A stretch of 64,000 nt of DNA from Auanema rhodensis (lineage: Eukaryota; Animalia; Nematoda), in the NCBI GenBank assembly GCA_964057225.1, contig OZ059895.1:2046001-2110000 (forward strand). Direction: 5' to 3'. A program made the translations under genes and the position numbers. This document shows, in pieces, positions 1 through 12,300 of this stretch. A model generated the notes under the pieces. The model had not been told where the DNA came from. It did not search any database and worked only from the letters and a program-made list of their open reading frames with translations. Position 1 is the first letter of the stretch. Each line of letters starts with the position of its first letter.

Positions 1-18
1 AAAATGTTTTTGGAAGCA

Positions 19-46
19 ATGTTGAGTGTACATGGAAACTCAACAT
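19..46. other. Inverted repeat 1 of the monomer (9-bp stem, 10-nt loop)
   Basis: ATGTTGAGT (19-27) is the exact reverse complement of ACTCAACAT (38-46); the loop is GTACATGGAA. Confidence 0.95.
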
Positions 47-120
47 ACACTAATGCATCATTTTTCAAACGATCATAACTAATTTTTGTATTAAGCTTTT
101 CTCAATGTAGTATAGTGCAT

Positions 121-187
121 TCGATGCGGATTTTTAAGCTGCGTCGATCTGTGTTATCAGATTTGCGCTAGCTTAAAAATGCACCGA
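121..187. other. Inverted repeat 2 of the monomer (long imperfect hairpin, ~67 nt)
   Basis: ATTTTTAAGCT (130-140) / AGCTTAAAAAT (170-180) is a perfect 11-bp pair. Inner pairs are GCG/CGC and ATCTG (147-151) / CAGAT (158-162). The outer pair TCGATGC (121-127) / GCACCGA (181-187) has one mismatch. Confidence 0.93.
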
Positions 188-197
188 GATATCAACT

Positions 198-219
198 GAT
201 ATAAGTTCACACTTATATC
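198..219. other. Inverted repeat 3 of the monomer (9-bp stem, 4-nt loop)
   Basis: GATATAAGT (198-206) / ACTTATATC (211-219), loop TCAC. It overlaps an alternative dyad ATATCA (189-194) / TGATAT (197-202). Confidence 0.95.
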
Positions 220-321
220 CTCGATTTTCACCCTGAAGAATTAATTTTTTCGTTGAATAACATCGTCCATCGTCTTTGCCTTGAAAAATGGAATCTAAAA
301 ACATCTACTTTTTGCTAAATT

Positions 322-356
322 ATTTTGAAATTTTTCGAAAAAATTTTTGTCAAAAT
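322..356. other. Inverted repeat 4: A/T-tract palindrome
   Basis: Perfect 12-bp palindrome TTTTTCGAAAAA (331-342), flanked by ATTTTGA (322-328) / TCAAAAT (350-356). Confidence 0.92.
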
Positions 357-3300
357 GTTTTTGGAAGCAATGTTGAGTGTACATGGAAACTCAACATACA
401 CTAATGCATCATTTTTCAAACGATCATAACTAATTTTTGTATTAAGCTTTTCTCAATGTAGTATAGTGCATTCGATGCAGATTTTTAAGCTGCGTCGATC
501 TGTGTTATCAGATTTGCGCTAGCTTAAAAATGCACCGAGATATCAACTGATATAAGTTTACACTTATATCCTCGATTTTCACCCTGAAGAATTAATTTTT
601 TCGTTGAATAACATCGTCCATCGTCTTTGCCTTGAAAAATGAAATCTAAAAACATCTACTTTTTGCTAAATTATTTTGAAATTTTTCGAAAAAATTTTTG
701 TCAAAATGTTTTTGGAAGCAATGTTGAGTGTACGTGGAAACTCAACATACACTAATGCATCATTTTTCAAACGATCATAACTAATTTTTGTATTAAGCTT
801 TTCTCAATGTAGTATAGTGCATTCGATGCGGATTTTTAAGCTGCGTCGATCTGTGTTATCAGATTTGCGCTAGCTTAAAAATGCACCGAGATATCAACTG
901 ATATAAGTTCACACTTATATCCTCGATTTTCACCCTGAAGAATTAATTTTTTCGTTGAATAACATCGTCCATCGTCTTTGCCTTGAAAAATGGAATCTAA
1001 AAACATCTACTTTTTGCTAAATTATTTTGAATTTTTTCGAAAAAATTTTTGTCAAAATGTTTTTGGAAGCAATGTTGAGTGTACGTGGAAACTCAACATA
1101 CACTAATGCATCATTTTTCAAACGATCATAACTAATTTTTGTATTAAGCTTTTCTCAATGTAGTATAGTGCATTCGATGCGGATTTTTAAGCTGCGTCGA
1201 TCTGTGTTATCAGATTTGCGCTAGCTTAAAAATGCACCGAGATATCAACTGATATAAGTTTACACTTATATCCTCGATTTTCACCCTGAAGAATTAATTT
1301 TTTTGTTGAATAACATCGTCCATCGTCTTTGCCTTGAAAAATGAAATCTAAAAACATCTACTTTTTGCTAAATTATTTTGAAATTTTTCGAAAAAATTTT
1401 TGTCAAAATGTTTTTGGAAGCAATGTTGAGTGTACGTGGAAACTCAACATACACTAATGCATCATTTTTCAAACGATCATAACTAATTTTTGTATTAAGC
1501 TTTTCTCAATGTAGTATAGTGCATTCGATGCGGATTTTTAAGCTGCGTCGATCTGTGTTATCAGATTTGCGCTAGCTTAAAAATGCACCGAGATATCAAC
1601 TGATATAAGTTCACACTTATATCCTCGATTTTCACCCTGAAGAATTAATTTTTTCGTTGAATAACATCGTCCATCGTCTTTGCCTTGAAAAATGGAATCT
1701 AAAAACATCTACTTTTTGCTAAATTATTTTGAATTTTTTCGAAAAAATTTTTGTCAAAATGTTTTTGGAAGCAATGTTGAGTGTACGTGGAAACTCAACA
1801 TACACTAATGCATCATTTTTCAAACGATCATAACTAATTTTTGTATTAAGCTTTTCTCAATGTAGTATAGTGCATTCGATGCGGATTTTTAAGCTGCGTC
1901 GATCTGTGTTATCAGATTTGCGCTAGCTTAAAAATGCACCGAGATATCAACTGATATAAGTTCACACTTATATCCTCGATTTTCACCCTGAAGAATTAAT
2001 TTTTTCGTTGAATAACATCGTCCATCGTCTTTGCCTTGAAAAATGGAATCTAAAAACATCTACTTTTTGCTAAATTATTTTGAATTTTTTCGAAAAAATT
2101 TTTGTCAAAATGTTTTTGGAAGCAATGTTGAGTGTACATGGAAACTCAACATACACTAATGCATCATTTTTCAAACGATCATAACCAATTTTTGTATTAA
2201 GCTTTTCTCAATGTAGTATAGTGCATTCGATGCGGATTTTTAAGCTGCGTCGATCTGTGTTATCAGATTTGCGCTAGCTTAAAAATGCACCGAGATATCA
2301 ACTGATATAAGTTCACACTTATATCCTCGATTTTCACCCTGAAGAATTAATTTTTTCGTTGAATAACATCGTCCATCGTCTTTGCCTTGAAAAATGGAAT
2401 CTAAAAACATCTACTTTTTGCTAAATTATTTTGAATTTTTTCGAAAAAATTTTTGTCAAAATGTTTTTGGAAGCAATGTTGAGTGTACATGGAAACTCAA
2501 CATACACTAATGCATCATTTTTCAAACGATCATAACTAATTTTTGTATTAAGCTTTTCTCAATGTAGTATAGTGCATTCGATGCGGATTTTTAAGCTGCG
2601 TCGATCTGTGTTATCAGATTTGCGCTAGCTTAAAAATGCACCGAGATATCAACTGATATAAGTTCACACTTATATCCTCGATTTTCACCCTGAAGAATTA
2701 ATTTTTTCGTTGAATAACATCGTCCATCGTCTTTGCCTTGAAAAATGGAATCTAAAAACATCTACTTTTCGCTAAATTATTTTGAAATTTTTCGAAAAAA
2801 TTTTTGTCAAAATGTTTTTGGAAGCAATGTTGAGTGTACATGGAAACTCAACATACACTAATGCATCATTTTTCAAACGATTATAACTAATTTTTGAATT
2901 AAGCTTTTCTCAATGTAGTATAGTGCATTCGATGCGGATTTTTAAGCTGCGTCGATCTGTGTTATCAGATTTGCGCTAGCTTAAAAATGCACCGAGATAT
3001 CAACTGATATAAGTTCACACTTATATCCTCGATTTTCACCCTGAAGAATTAATTTTTTCGTTGAATAACATTGTCCATCGTCTTTGCCTTGAAAAATGGA
3101 ATCTAAAAACATCTACTTTTTGCTAAATTATTTTGAAATTTTTTGAAAAAATTTTTGTCAAAATGTTTTTGGAAGCAATGTTGAGTGTACATGGAAACTC
3201 AACATACACTAATGCATCATTTTTCAAACGATCATAACTAATTTTTGTATTAAGCTTTTCTCAATGTAGTATAGTGCATTCGATGCGGATTTTTAAGCTG

Positions 3301-5942
3301 CGTCGATCTGTGTTATCAGATTTGCGCTAGCTTAAAAATGCACCGAGATATCAACTGATATAAGTTCACACTTATATCCTCGATTTTCACCCTGAAGAAT
3401 TAATTTTTTCGTTGAATAACATCGTCCATCGTCTTTGCCTTGAAAAATGGAATCTAAAAACATCTACTTTTTGCTAAATTATTTTGAAATTTTTCGAAAA
3501 AATTTTTGTCAAAATGTTTTTGGAAGCAATGTTGAGTGTACATGGAAACTCAACATACACTAATGCATCATTTTTCAAACGATCATAACTAATTTTTGTA
3601 TTAAGCTTTTCTCAATGTAGTATAGTGCATTCGATGCGGATTTTTAAGCTGCGTCGATCTGTGTTATCAGATTTGCGCTAGCTTAAAAATGCACCGAGAT
3701 ATCAACTGATATAAGTTTACACTTATATCCTCGATTTTCACCCTGAAGAATTAATTTTTTCGTTGAATAACATCGTCCATCGTCTTTGCCTTGAAAAATG
3801 AAATCTAAAAACATCTACTTTTTGCTAAATTATTTTGAAATTTTTCGAAAAAATTTTTGTCAAAATGTTTTTGGAAGCAATGTTGAGTGTACGTGGAAAC
3901 TCAACATACACTAATGCATCATTTTTCAAACGATCATAACTAATTTTTGTATTAAGCTTTTCTCAATGTAGTATAGTGCATTCGATGCGGATTTTTAAGC
4001 TGCGTCGATCTGTGTTATCAGATTTGCGCTAGCTTAAAAATGCACCGAGATATCAACTGATATAAGTTCACACTTATATCCTCGATTTTCACCCTGAAGA
4101 ATTAATTTTTTCGTTGAATAACATCGTCCATCGTCTTTGCCTTGAAAAATGGAATCTAAAAACATCTACTTTTTGCTAAATTATTTTGAATTTTTTCGAA
4201 AAAATTTTTGTCAAAATGTTTTTGGAAGCAATGTTGAGTGTACGTGGAAACTCAACATACACTAATGCATCATTTTTCAAACGATCATAACTAATTTTTG
4301 TATTAAGCTTTTCTCAATGTAGTATAGTGCATTCGATGCGGATTTTTAAGCTGCGTCGATCTGTGTTATCAGATTTGCGCTAGCTTAAAAATGCACCGAG
4401 ATATCAACTGATATAAGTTCACACTTATATCCTCGATTTTCACCCTGAAGAATTAATTTTTTCGTTGAATAACATCGTCCATCGTCTTTGCCTTGAAAAA
4501 TGGAATCTAAAAACATCTACTTTTCGCTAAATTATTTTGAAATTTTTCGAAAAAATTTTTGTCAAAATGTTTTTGGAAGCAATGTTGAGTGTACATGGAA
4601 ACTCAACATACACTAATGCATCATTTTTCAAACGATTATAACTAATTTTTGTATTAAGCTTTTCTCAATGTAGTATAGTGCATTCGATGCGGATTTTTAA
4701 GCTGCGTCGATCTGTGTTATCAGATTTGCGCTAGCTTAAAAATGCACCGAGATATCAACTGATATAAGTTCACACTTATATCCTCGATTTTCACCCTGAA
4801 GAATTAATTTTTTCGTTGAATAACATTGTCCATCGTCTTTGCCTTGAAAAATGGAATCTAAAAACATCTACTTTTTGCTAAATTATTTTGAAATTTTTCG
4901 AAAAAATTTTTGTCAAAATGTTTTTGGAAGCAATGTTGAGTGTACATGGAAACTCAACATACACTAATGCATCATTTTTCAAACGATCATAACTAATTTT
5001 TGTATTAAGCTTTTCTCAATGTAGTATAGTGCATTCGATGCGGATTTTTAAGCTGCGTCGATCTGTGTTATCAGATTTGCGCTAGCTTAAAAATGCACCG
5101 AGATATCAACTGATATAAGTTCACACTTATATCCTCGATTTTCACCCTGAAGAATTAATTTTTTCGTTGAATAACATCGTCCATCGTCTTTGCCTTGAAA
5201 AATGGAATCTAAAAACATCTACTTTTTGCTAAATTATTTTGAAATTTTTCGAAAAAATTTTTGTCAAAATGTTTTTGGAAGCAATGTTGAGTGTACATGG
5301 AAACTCAACATACACTAATGCATCATTTTTCAAACGATCATAACTAATTTTTGTATTAAGCTTTTCTCAATGTAGTATAGTGCATTCGATGCGGATTTTT
5401 AAGCTGCGTCGATCTGTGTTATCAGATTTGCGCTAGCTTAAAAATGCACCGAGATATCAACTGATATAAGTTCACACTTATATCCTCGATTTTCACCCTG
5501 AAGAATTAATTTTTTCGTTGAATAACATCGTCCATCGTCTTTGCCTTGAAAAATGGAATCTGAAAACATCTACTTTTTGCTAAATTATTTTGAAATTTTT
5601 CGAAAAAAGTTTTGTCAAAATGTTTTTGGAAGCAATGTTGAGTGTACATGGAAACTCAACATACACTAATGCATCATTTTTCAAACGATTATAACTAATT
5701 TTTGTATTAAGCTTTTCTCAATGTAGTATAGTGCATTCGATGCGGATTTTTAAGCTGCGTCGATCTGTGTTATCAGATTTGCGCTAGCTTAAAAATGCAC
5801 CGAGATATCAACTGATATAAGTTCACACTTATATCCTCGATTTTCACCCTGAAGAATTAATTTTTTCGTTGAATAACATTGTCCATCGTCTTTGCCTTGA
5901 AAAATGGAATCTAAAAACATCTACTTTTTGCTAAATTATTTT

Positions 5943-8750
5943 GAAATTTTTCGAAAAAATTTTTGTGAAAATGTTTTTGGAAGCAATGTTGAGTGTACAT
6001 GGAAACTCAACATACACTAATGCATCATTTTTCAAACGATCATAACTAATTTTTGTATTAAGCTTTTCTCAATGTAGTATAGTGCATTCGATGCGGATTT
6101 TTAAGCTGCGTCGATCTGTGTTATCAGATTTGCGCTAGCTTAAAAATGCACCGAGATATCAACTGATATAAGTTCACACTTATATCCTCGATTTTCACCC
6201 TGAAGAATTAATTTTTTCGTTGAATAACATCGTCCATCGTCTTTGCCTTGAAAAATGGAATCTAAAAACATCTACTTCTTGCTAAATTATTTTGAAATTT
6301 TTCGAAAAAATTTTTGTCAAAATGTTTTTGGAAGCAATGTTGAGTGTACGTGGAAACTCAACATACACTAATGCATCATTTTTCAAACGATCATAACTAA
6401 TTTTTGTGTTAAGCTTTTCTCAATGTAGTATAGTGCATTCGATGCGGATTTTTAAGCTGCGTCGATCTGTGTTATCAGATTTGCGCTAGCTTAAAAATGC
6501 ACCGAGATATCAACTGATATAAGTTCACACTTATATCCTCGATTTTCACCCTGAAGATTTAATTTTTTCGTTGAATAACATCGTCCATCGTCTTTGCCTT
6601 GAAAAATGGAATCTAAAAACATCTACTTTTTGCTAAATTATTTTGAAATTTTTCGAAAAAATTTTTGTCAAAATGTTTTTGGAAGCAATGTTGAGTGTAC
6701 ATGGAAACTCAACATACACTAATGCATCATTTTTCAAACGATTATAACTAATTTTTGTATTAAGCTTTTCTCAATGTAGTATAGTGCATTCGATGCGGAT
6801 TTTTAAGCTGCGTCGATCTGTGTTATCAGATTTGCGCTAGCTTAAAAATGCACCGAGATATCAACTGATATAAGTTCACACATATATCCTCGATTTTCAC
6901 CCTGAAGAATTAATTTTTTCGTTGAATAACATTGTCCATCGTCTTTGCCTTGAAAAATGGAATCTAAAAACATCTACTTTTTGCTAAATTATTTTGAAAT
7001 TTTTCGAAAAAAATTTTGTCAAAATGTTTTTGGAAGCAATGTTGAGTGTACATGGAAACTCAACATACACTAATGCATCATTTTTCAAACGATCATAACT
7101 AATTTTTGTATTAAGCTTTTCTCAATGCAGTATAGTGCATTCGATGCGGATTTTTAAGCTGCGTCGATCTGTGTTATCAGATTTGCGCTAGCTTAAAAAT
7201 GCACCGAGATATCAACTGATATAAGTTCACACTTATATCCTCGATTTTCACCCTGAAGAATTAATTTTTTCGTTGAATAACATTGTCCATCGTCTTTGCC
7301 TTGAAAAATGGAATCTAAAAACATCTACTTTTTGCTAAATTATTTCGAAATTTTTCGAAAAAATTTTTGTGAAAATGTTTTTGGAAGCAATGTTGAGTGT
7401 ACATGGAAACTCAACATACACTAATGCATCATTTTTCAAACGATCATAACTAATTTTTGTATTAAGCTTTTCTCAATGTAGTATAGTGCATTCGATGCGG
7501 ATTTTTAAGCTGCGTCGATCTGTGTTATCAGATTTGCGCTAGCTTAAAAATGCACCGAGATATCAACTGATATAAGTTCACACTTATATCCTCGATTTTC
7601 ACCCTGAAGAATTAATTTTTTCGTTGAATAACATCGTCCATCGTCTTTGCCTTGAAAAATGGAATCTAAAAACATCTACTTCTTGCTAAATTATTTTGAA
7701 ATTTTTCGAAAAAATTTTTGTCAAAATGTTTTTGGAAGCAATGTTGAGTGTACGTGGAAACTCAACATACACTAATGCATCATTTTTCAAACGATCATAA
7801 CTAATTTTTGTGTTAAGCTTTTCTCAATGTAGTATAGTGCATTCGATGCGGATTTTTAAGCTGCGTCGATCTGTGTTATCAGATTTGCGCTAGCTTAAAA
7901 ATGCACCGAGATATCAACTGATATAAGTTCACACTTATATCCTCGATTTTCACCCTGAAGATTTAATTTTTTCGTTGAATAACATCGTCCATCGTCTTTG
8001 CCTTGAAAAATGGAATCTAAAAACATCTACTTTTTGCTAAATTATTTTGAAATTTTTCGAAAAAATTTTTGTCAAAATGTTTTTGGAAGCAATGTTGAGT
8101 GTACATGGAAACTCAACATACACTAATGCATCATTTTTCAAACGATTATAACTAATTTTTGTATTAAGCTTTTCTCAATGTAGTATAGTGCATTCGATGC
8201 GGATTTTTAAGCTGCGTCGATCTGTGTTATCAGATTTGCGCTAGCTTAAAAATGCACCGAGATATCAACTGATATAAGTTCACACATATATCCTCGATTT
8301 TCACCCTGAAGAATTAATTTTTTCGTTGAATAACATTGTCCATCGTCTTTGCCTTGAAAAATGGAATCTAAAAACATCTACTTTTTGCTAAATTATTTTG
8401 AAATTTTTCGAAAAAAATTTTGTCAAAATGTTTTTGGAAGCAATGTTGAGTGTACATGGAAACTCAACATACACTAATGCATCATTTTTCAAACGATCAT
8501 AACTAATTTTTGTATTAAGCTTTTCTCAATGCAGTATAGTGCATTCGATGCGGATTTTTAAGCTGCGTCGATCTGTGTTATCAGATTTGCGCTAGCTTAA
8601 AAATGCACCGAGATATCAACTGATATAAGTTCACACTTATATCCTCGATTTTCACCCTGAAGAATTAATTTTTTCGTTGAATAACATCGTCCATCGTCTT
8701 TGCCTTGAAAAATGGAATCTAAAAACATCTACTTTTTGCTAAATTATTTC
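5943..8750. repeat. 4-mer (1404-bp) tandem duplication
   Basis: Variant pairs exactly 1404 bp apart: 5967/7371, 6278/7682, 6408/7812, 6558/7962, 6882/8286, 7013/8417, 7128/8532. Boundaries approximate. Confidence 0.88.
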
Positions 8751-9399
8751 GAAATTTTTTGAAAAAATTTTTGTCAAAATGTTTTTGGAAGCAATGTTGA
8801 GTGTACATGGAAACTCAACATACACTAATGCATCATTTTTCAAACGATCATAACTAATTTTTGTATTAAGCTTTTCTCAATGTAGTATAGTGCATTCGAT
8901 GCGGATTTTTAAGCTGCGTCGATCTGTGTTATCAGATTTGCGCTAGCTTAAAAATGCACCGAGATATCAACTGATATAAGTTCACACTTATATCCTCGAT
9001 TTTCACCCTGAAGAATTAATTTTTTCGTTGAATAACATCGTCCATCGTCTTTGCCTTGAAAAATGGAATCTAAAAACATCTACTTTTTGCTAAATTATTT
9101 CGAAATTTTTCGAAAAAATTTTTGTCAAAATGTTTTTGGAAGCAATGTTGAGTGTACATGGAAACTCAACATACACTAATGCATCATTTTTCAAACGATC
9201 ATAACTAATTTTTGTATTAAGCTTTTCTCAATGTAGTATAGTGCATTCGATGCGGATTTTTAAGCTGCGTCGATCTGTGTTATCAGATTTGCGCTAGCTT
9301 AAAAATGCACCGAGATATCAACTGATATAAGTTCACACTTATATCCTCGATTTTCACCCTGAAGAATTAATTTTTTCGTTGAATAACATCGTCCATCGT

Positions 9400-12300
9400 C
9401 TTTGCCTTGAAAAATGGAATCTAAAAACATCTACTTTTTGCTAAATTATTTTGAATTTTTTCGAAAAAATTTTTGTCAAAATGTTTTTGGAAGCAATGTT
9501 GAGTGTACGTGGAAACTCAACATACACTAATGCATCATTTTTCAAACGATCATAACTAATTTTTGTATTAAGCTTTTCTCAATGTAGTATAGTGCATTCG
9601 ATGCGGATTTTTAAGCTGCGTCGATCTGTGTTATCAGATTTGCGCTAGCTTAAAAATGCACCGAGATATCAACTGATATAAGTTCACACTTATATCCTCA
9701 ATTTTCACCCTGAAGAATTAATTTTTTCGTTGAATAACATCGTCCATCGTCTTTGCCTTGAAAAATGGAATCTAAAAACATCTACTTTTCGCTAAATTAT
9801 TTTGAAATTTTTCGAAAAAATTTTTGTCAAAATGTTTTTGGAAGCAATGTTGAGTGTACATGGAAACTCAACATACACTAATGCATCATTTTTCAAACGA
9901 TTATAACTAATTTTTGTATTAAGCTTTTCTCAATGTAGTATAGTGCATTCGATGCGGATTTTTAAGCTGCGTCGATCTGTGTTATCAGATTTGCGCTAGC
10001 TTAAAAATGCACCGAGATATCAACTGATATAAGTTCACACTTATATCCTCGATTTTCACCCTGAAGAATTAATTTTTTCGTTGAATAACATTGTCCATCG
10101 TCTTTGCCTTGAAAAATGGAATCTAAAAACATCTACTTTTTGCTAAATTATTTTGAAATTTTTCGAAAAAATTTTTGTCAAAATGTTTTTGGAAGCAATG
10201 TTGAGTGTACATGGAAACTCAACATACACTAATGCATCATTTTTCAAACGATCATAACTAATTTTTGTATTAAGCTTTTCTCAATGTAGTATAGTGCATT
10301 CGATGCGGATTTTTAAGCTGCGTCGATCTGTGTTATCAGATTTGCGCTAGCTTAAAAATGCACCGAGATATCAACTGATATAAGTTCACACTTATATCCT
10401 CGATTTTCACCCTGAAGAATTAATTTTTTCGTTGAATAACATCGTCCATCGTCTTTGCCTTGAAAAATGGAATCTAAAAACATCTACTTTTTGCTAAATT
10501 ATTTTGAAATTTTTCGAAAAAATTTTTGTCAAAATGTTTTTGGAAGCAATGTTGAGTGTACATGGAAACTCAACATACACTAATGCATCATTTTTCAAAC
10601 GATCATAACTAATTTTTGTATTAAGCTTTTCTCAATGTAGTATAGTGCATTCGATGCGGATTTTTAAGCTGCGTCGATCTGTGTTATCAGATTTGCGCTA
10701 GCTTAAAAATGCACCGAGATATCAACTGATATAAGTTCACACTTATATCCTCGATTTTCACCCTGAAGAATTAATTTTTTCGTTGAATAACATCGTCCAT
10801 CGTCTTTGCCTTGAAAAATGGAATCTAAAAACATCTACTTTTTGCTAAATTATTTTGAAATTTTTCGAAAAAAGTTTTGTCAAAATGTTTTTGGAAGCAA
10901 TGTTGAGTGTACATGGAAACTCAACATACACTAATGCATCATTTTTCAAACGATTATAACTAATTTTTGTATTAAGCTTTTCTCAATGTAGTATAGTGCA
11001 TTCGATGCGGATTTTTAAGCTGCGTCGATCTGTGTTATCAGATTTGCGCTAGCTTAAAAATGCACCGAGATATCAACTGATATAAGTTCACACTTATATC
11101 CTCGATTTTCACCCTGAAGAATTAATTTTTTCGTTGAATAACATTGTCCATCGTCTTTTCCTTGAAAAATGGAATCTAAAAACATCTACTTTTTGCTAAA
11201 TTATTTTGAAATTTTTCGAAAAAATTTTTGTGAAAATGTTTTTGGAAGCAATGTTGAGTGTACATGGAAACTCAACATACACTAATGCATCATTTTTCAA
11301 ACGATCATAACTAATTTTTGTATTAAGCTTTTCTCAATGTAGTATAGTGCATTCGATGCGGATTTTTAAGCTGCGTCGATCTGTGTTATCAGATTTGCGC
11401 TAGCTTAAAAATGCACCGAGATATCAACTGATATAAGTTCACACTTATATCCTCGATTTTCACCCTGAAGAATTAATTTTTTCGTTGAATAACATCGTCC
11501 ATCGTCTTTGCCTTGAAAAATGGAATCTAAAAACATCTACTTCTTGCTAAATTATTTTGAAATTTTTCGAAAAAATTTTTGTCAAAATGTTTTTGGAAGC
11601 AATGTTGAGTGTACGTGGAAACTCAACATACACTAATGCATCATTTTTCAAACGATCATAACTAATTTTTGTGTTAAGCTTTTCTCAATGTAGTATAGTG
11701 CATTCGATGCGGATTTTTAAGCTGCGTCGATCTGTGTTATCAGATTTGCGCTAGCTTAAAAATGCACCGAGATATCAACTGATATAAGTTCACACTTATA
11801 TCCTCGATTTTCACCCTGAAGAATTAATTTTTTCGTTGAATAACATCGTCCATCGTCTTTGCCTTGAAAAATGGAATCTAAAAACATCTACTTTTTGCTA
11901 AATTATTTTGAATTTTTTCGAAAAAATTTTTGTCAAAATGTTTTTGGAAGCAATGTTGAGTGTACGTGGAAACTCAACATACACTAATGCATCATTTTTC
12001 AAACGATCATAACTAATTTTTGTATTAAGCTTTTCTCAATGTAGTATAGTGCATTCGATGCGGATTTTTAAGCTGCGTCGATCTGTGTTATCAGATTTGC
12101 GCTAGCTTAAAAATGCACCGAGATATCAACTGATATAAGTTCACACTTATATCCTCGATTTTCACCCTGAAGAATTAATTTTTTCGTTGAATAACATCGT
12201 CCATCGTCTTTGCCTTGAAAAATGGAATCTAAAAACATCTACTTTTCGCTAAATTATTTTGAAATTTTTCGAAAAAATTTTTGTCAAAATGTTTTTGGAA

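Larger units (their letters stand above)
1..351. repeat. Representative consensus-like 351-bp monomer (phase arbitrary)
   Basis: Hand count 58 C + 52 G = 31% GC, 12 CpG, many A4-6/T4-6 tracts, a single HindIII site AAGCTT at 93-98, and an internal 7-bp tandem CATCGTC CATCGTC at 261-274. Confidence 0.97.

Noticed and set aside
248-264. CENP-B box (TTTCGTTGAA...)
   Set aside because: Only the 5' half of NTTCGNNNNANNCGGGN matches; the essential CGGG is absent.
1-351. 5S rRNA, tRNA, snRNA or spliced-leader tandem gene unit
   Set aside because: The unit size is compatible, but I recognise no 5S sequence, cloverleaf, Pol III A/B boxes or leader sequence on either strand. A cmscan would be the formal test.
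1-351. Monomer as a diverged dimer of ~175-bp subunits
   Set aside because: I see no similarity between the two halves beyond A/T tracts.
233-397. Hammerhead ribozyme, as known from some animal satellites: CUGAAGA at 233-239 and GAAA at 283-286 or 386-389
   Set aside because: I could not form stems I and II around CUGAAGA. The would-be cleavage site after AUGUUGAGU is G rather than H. An Infernal/Rfam or RNAbob search on a dimer would settle it.
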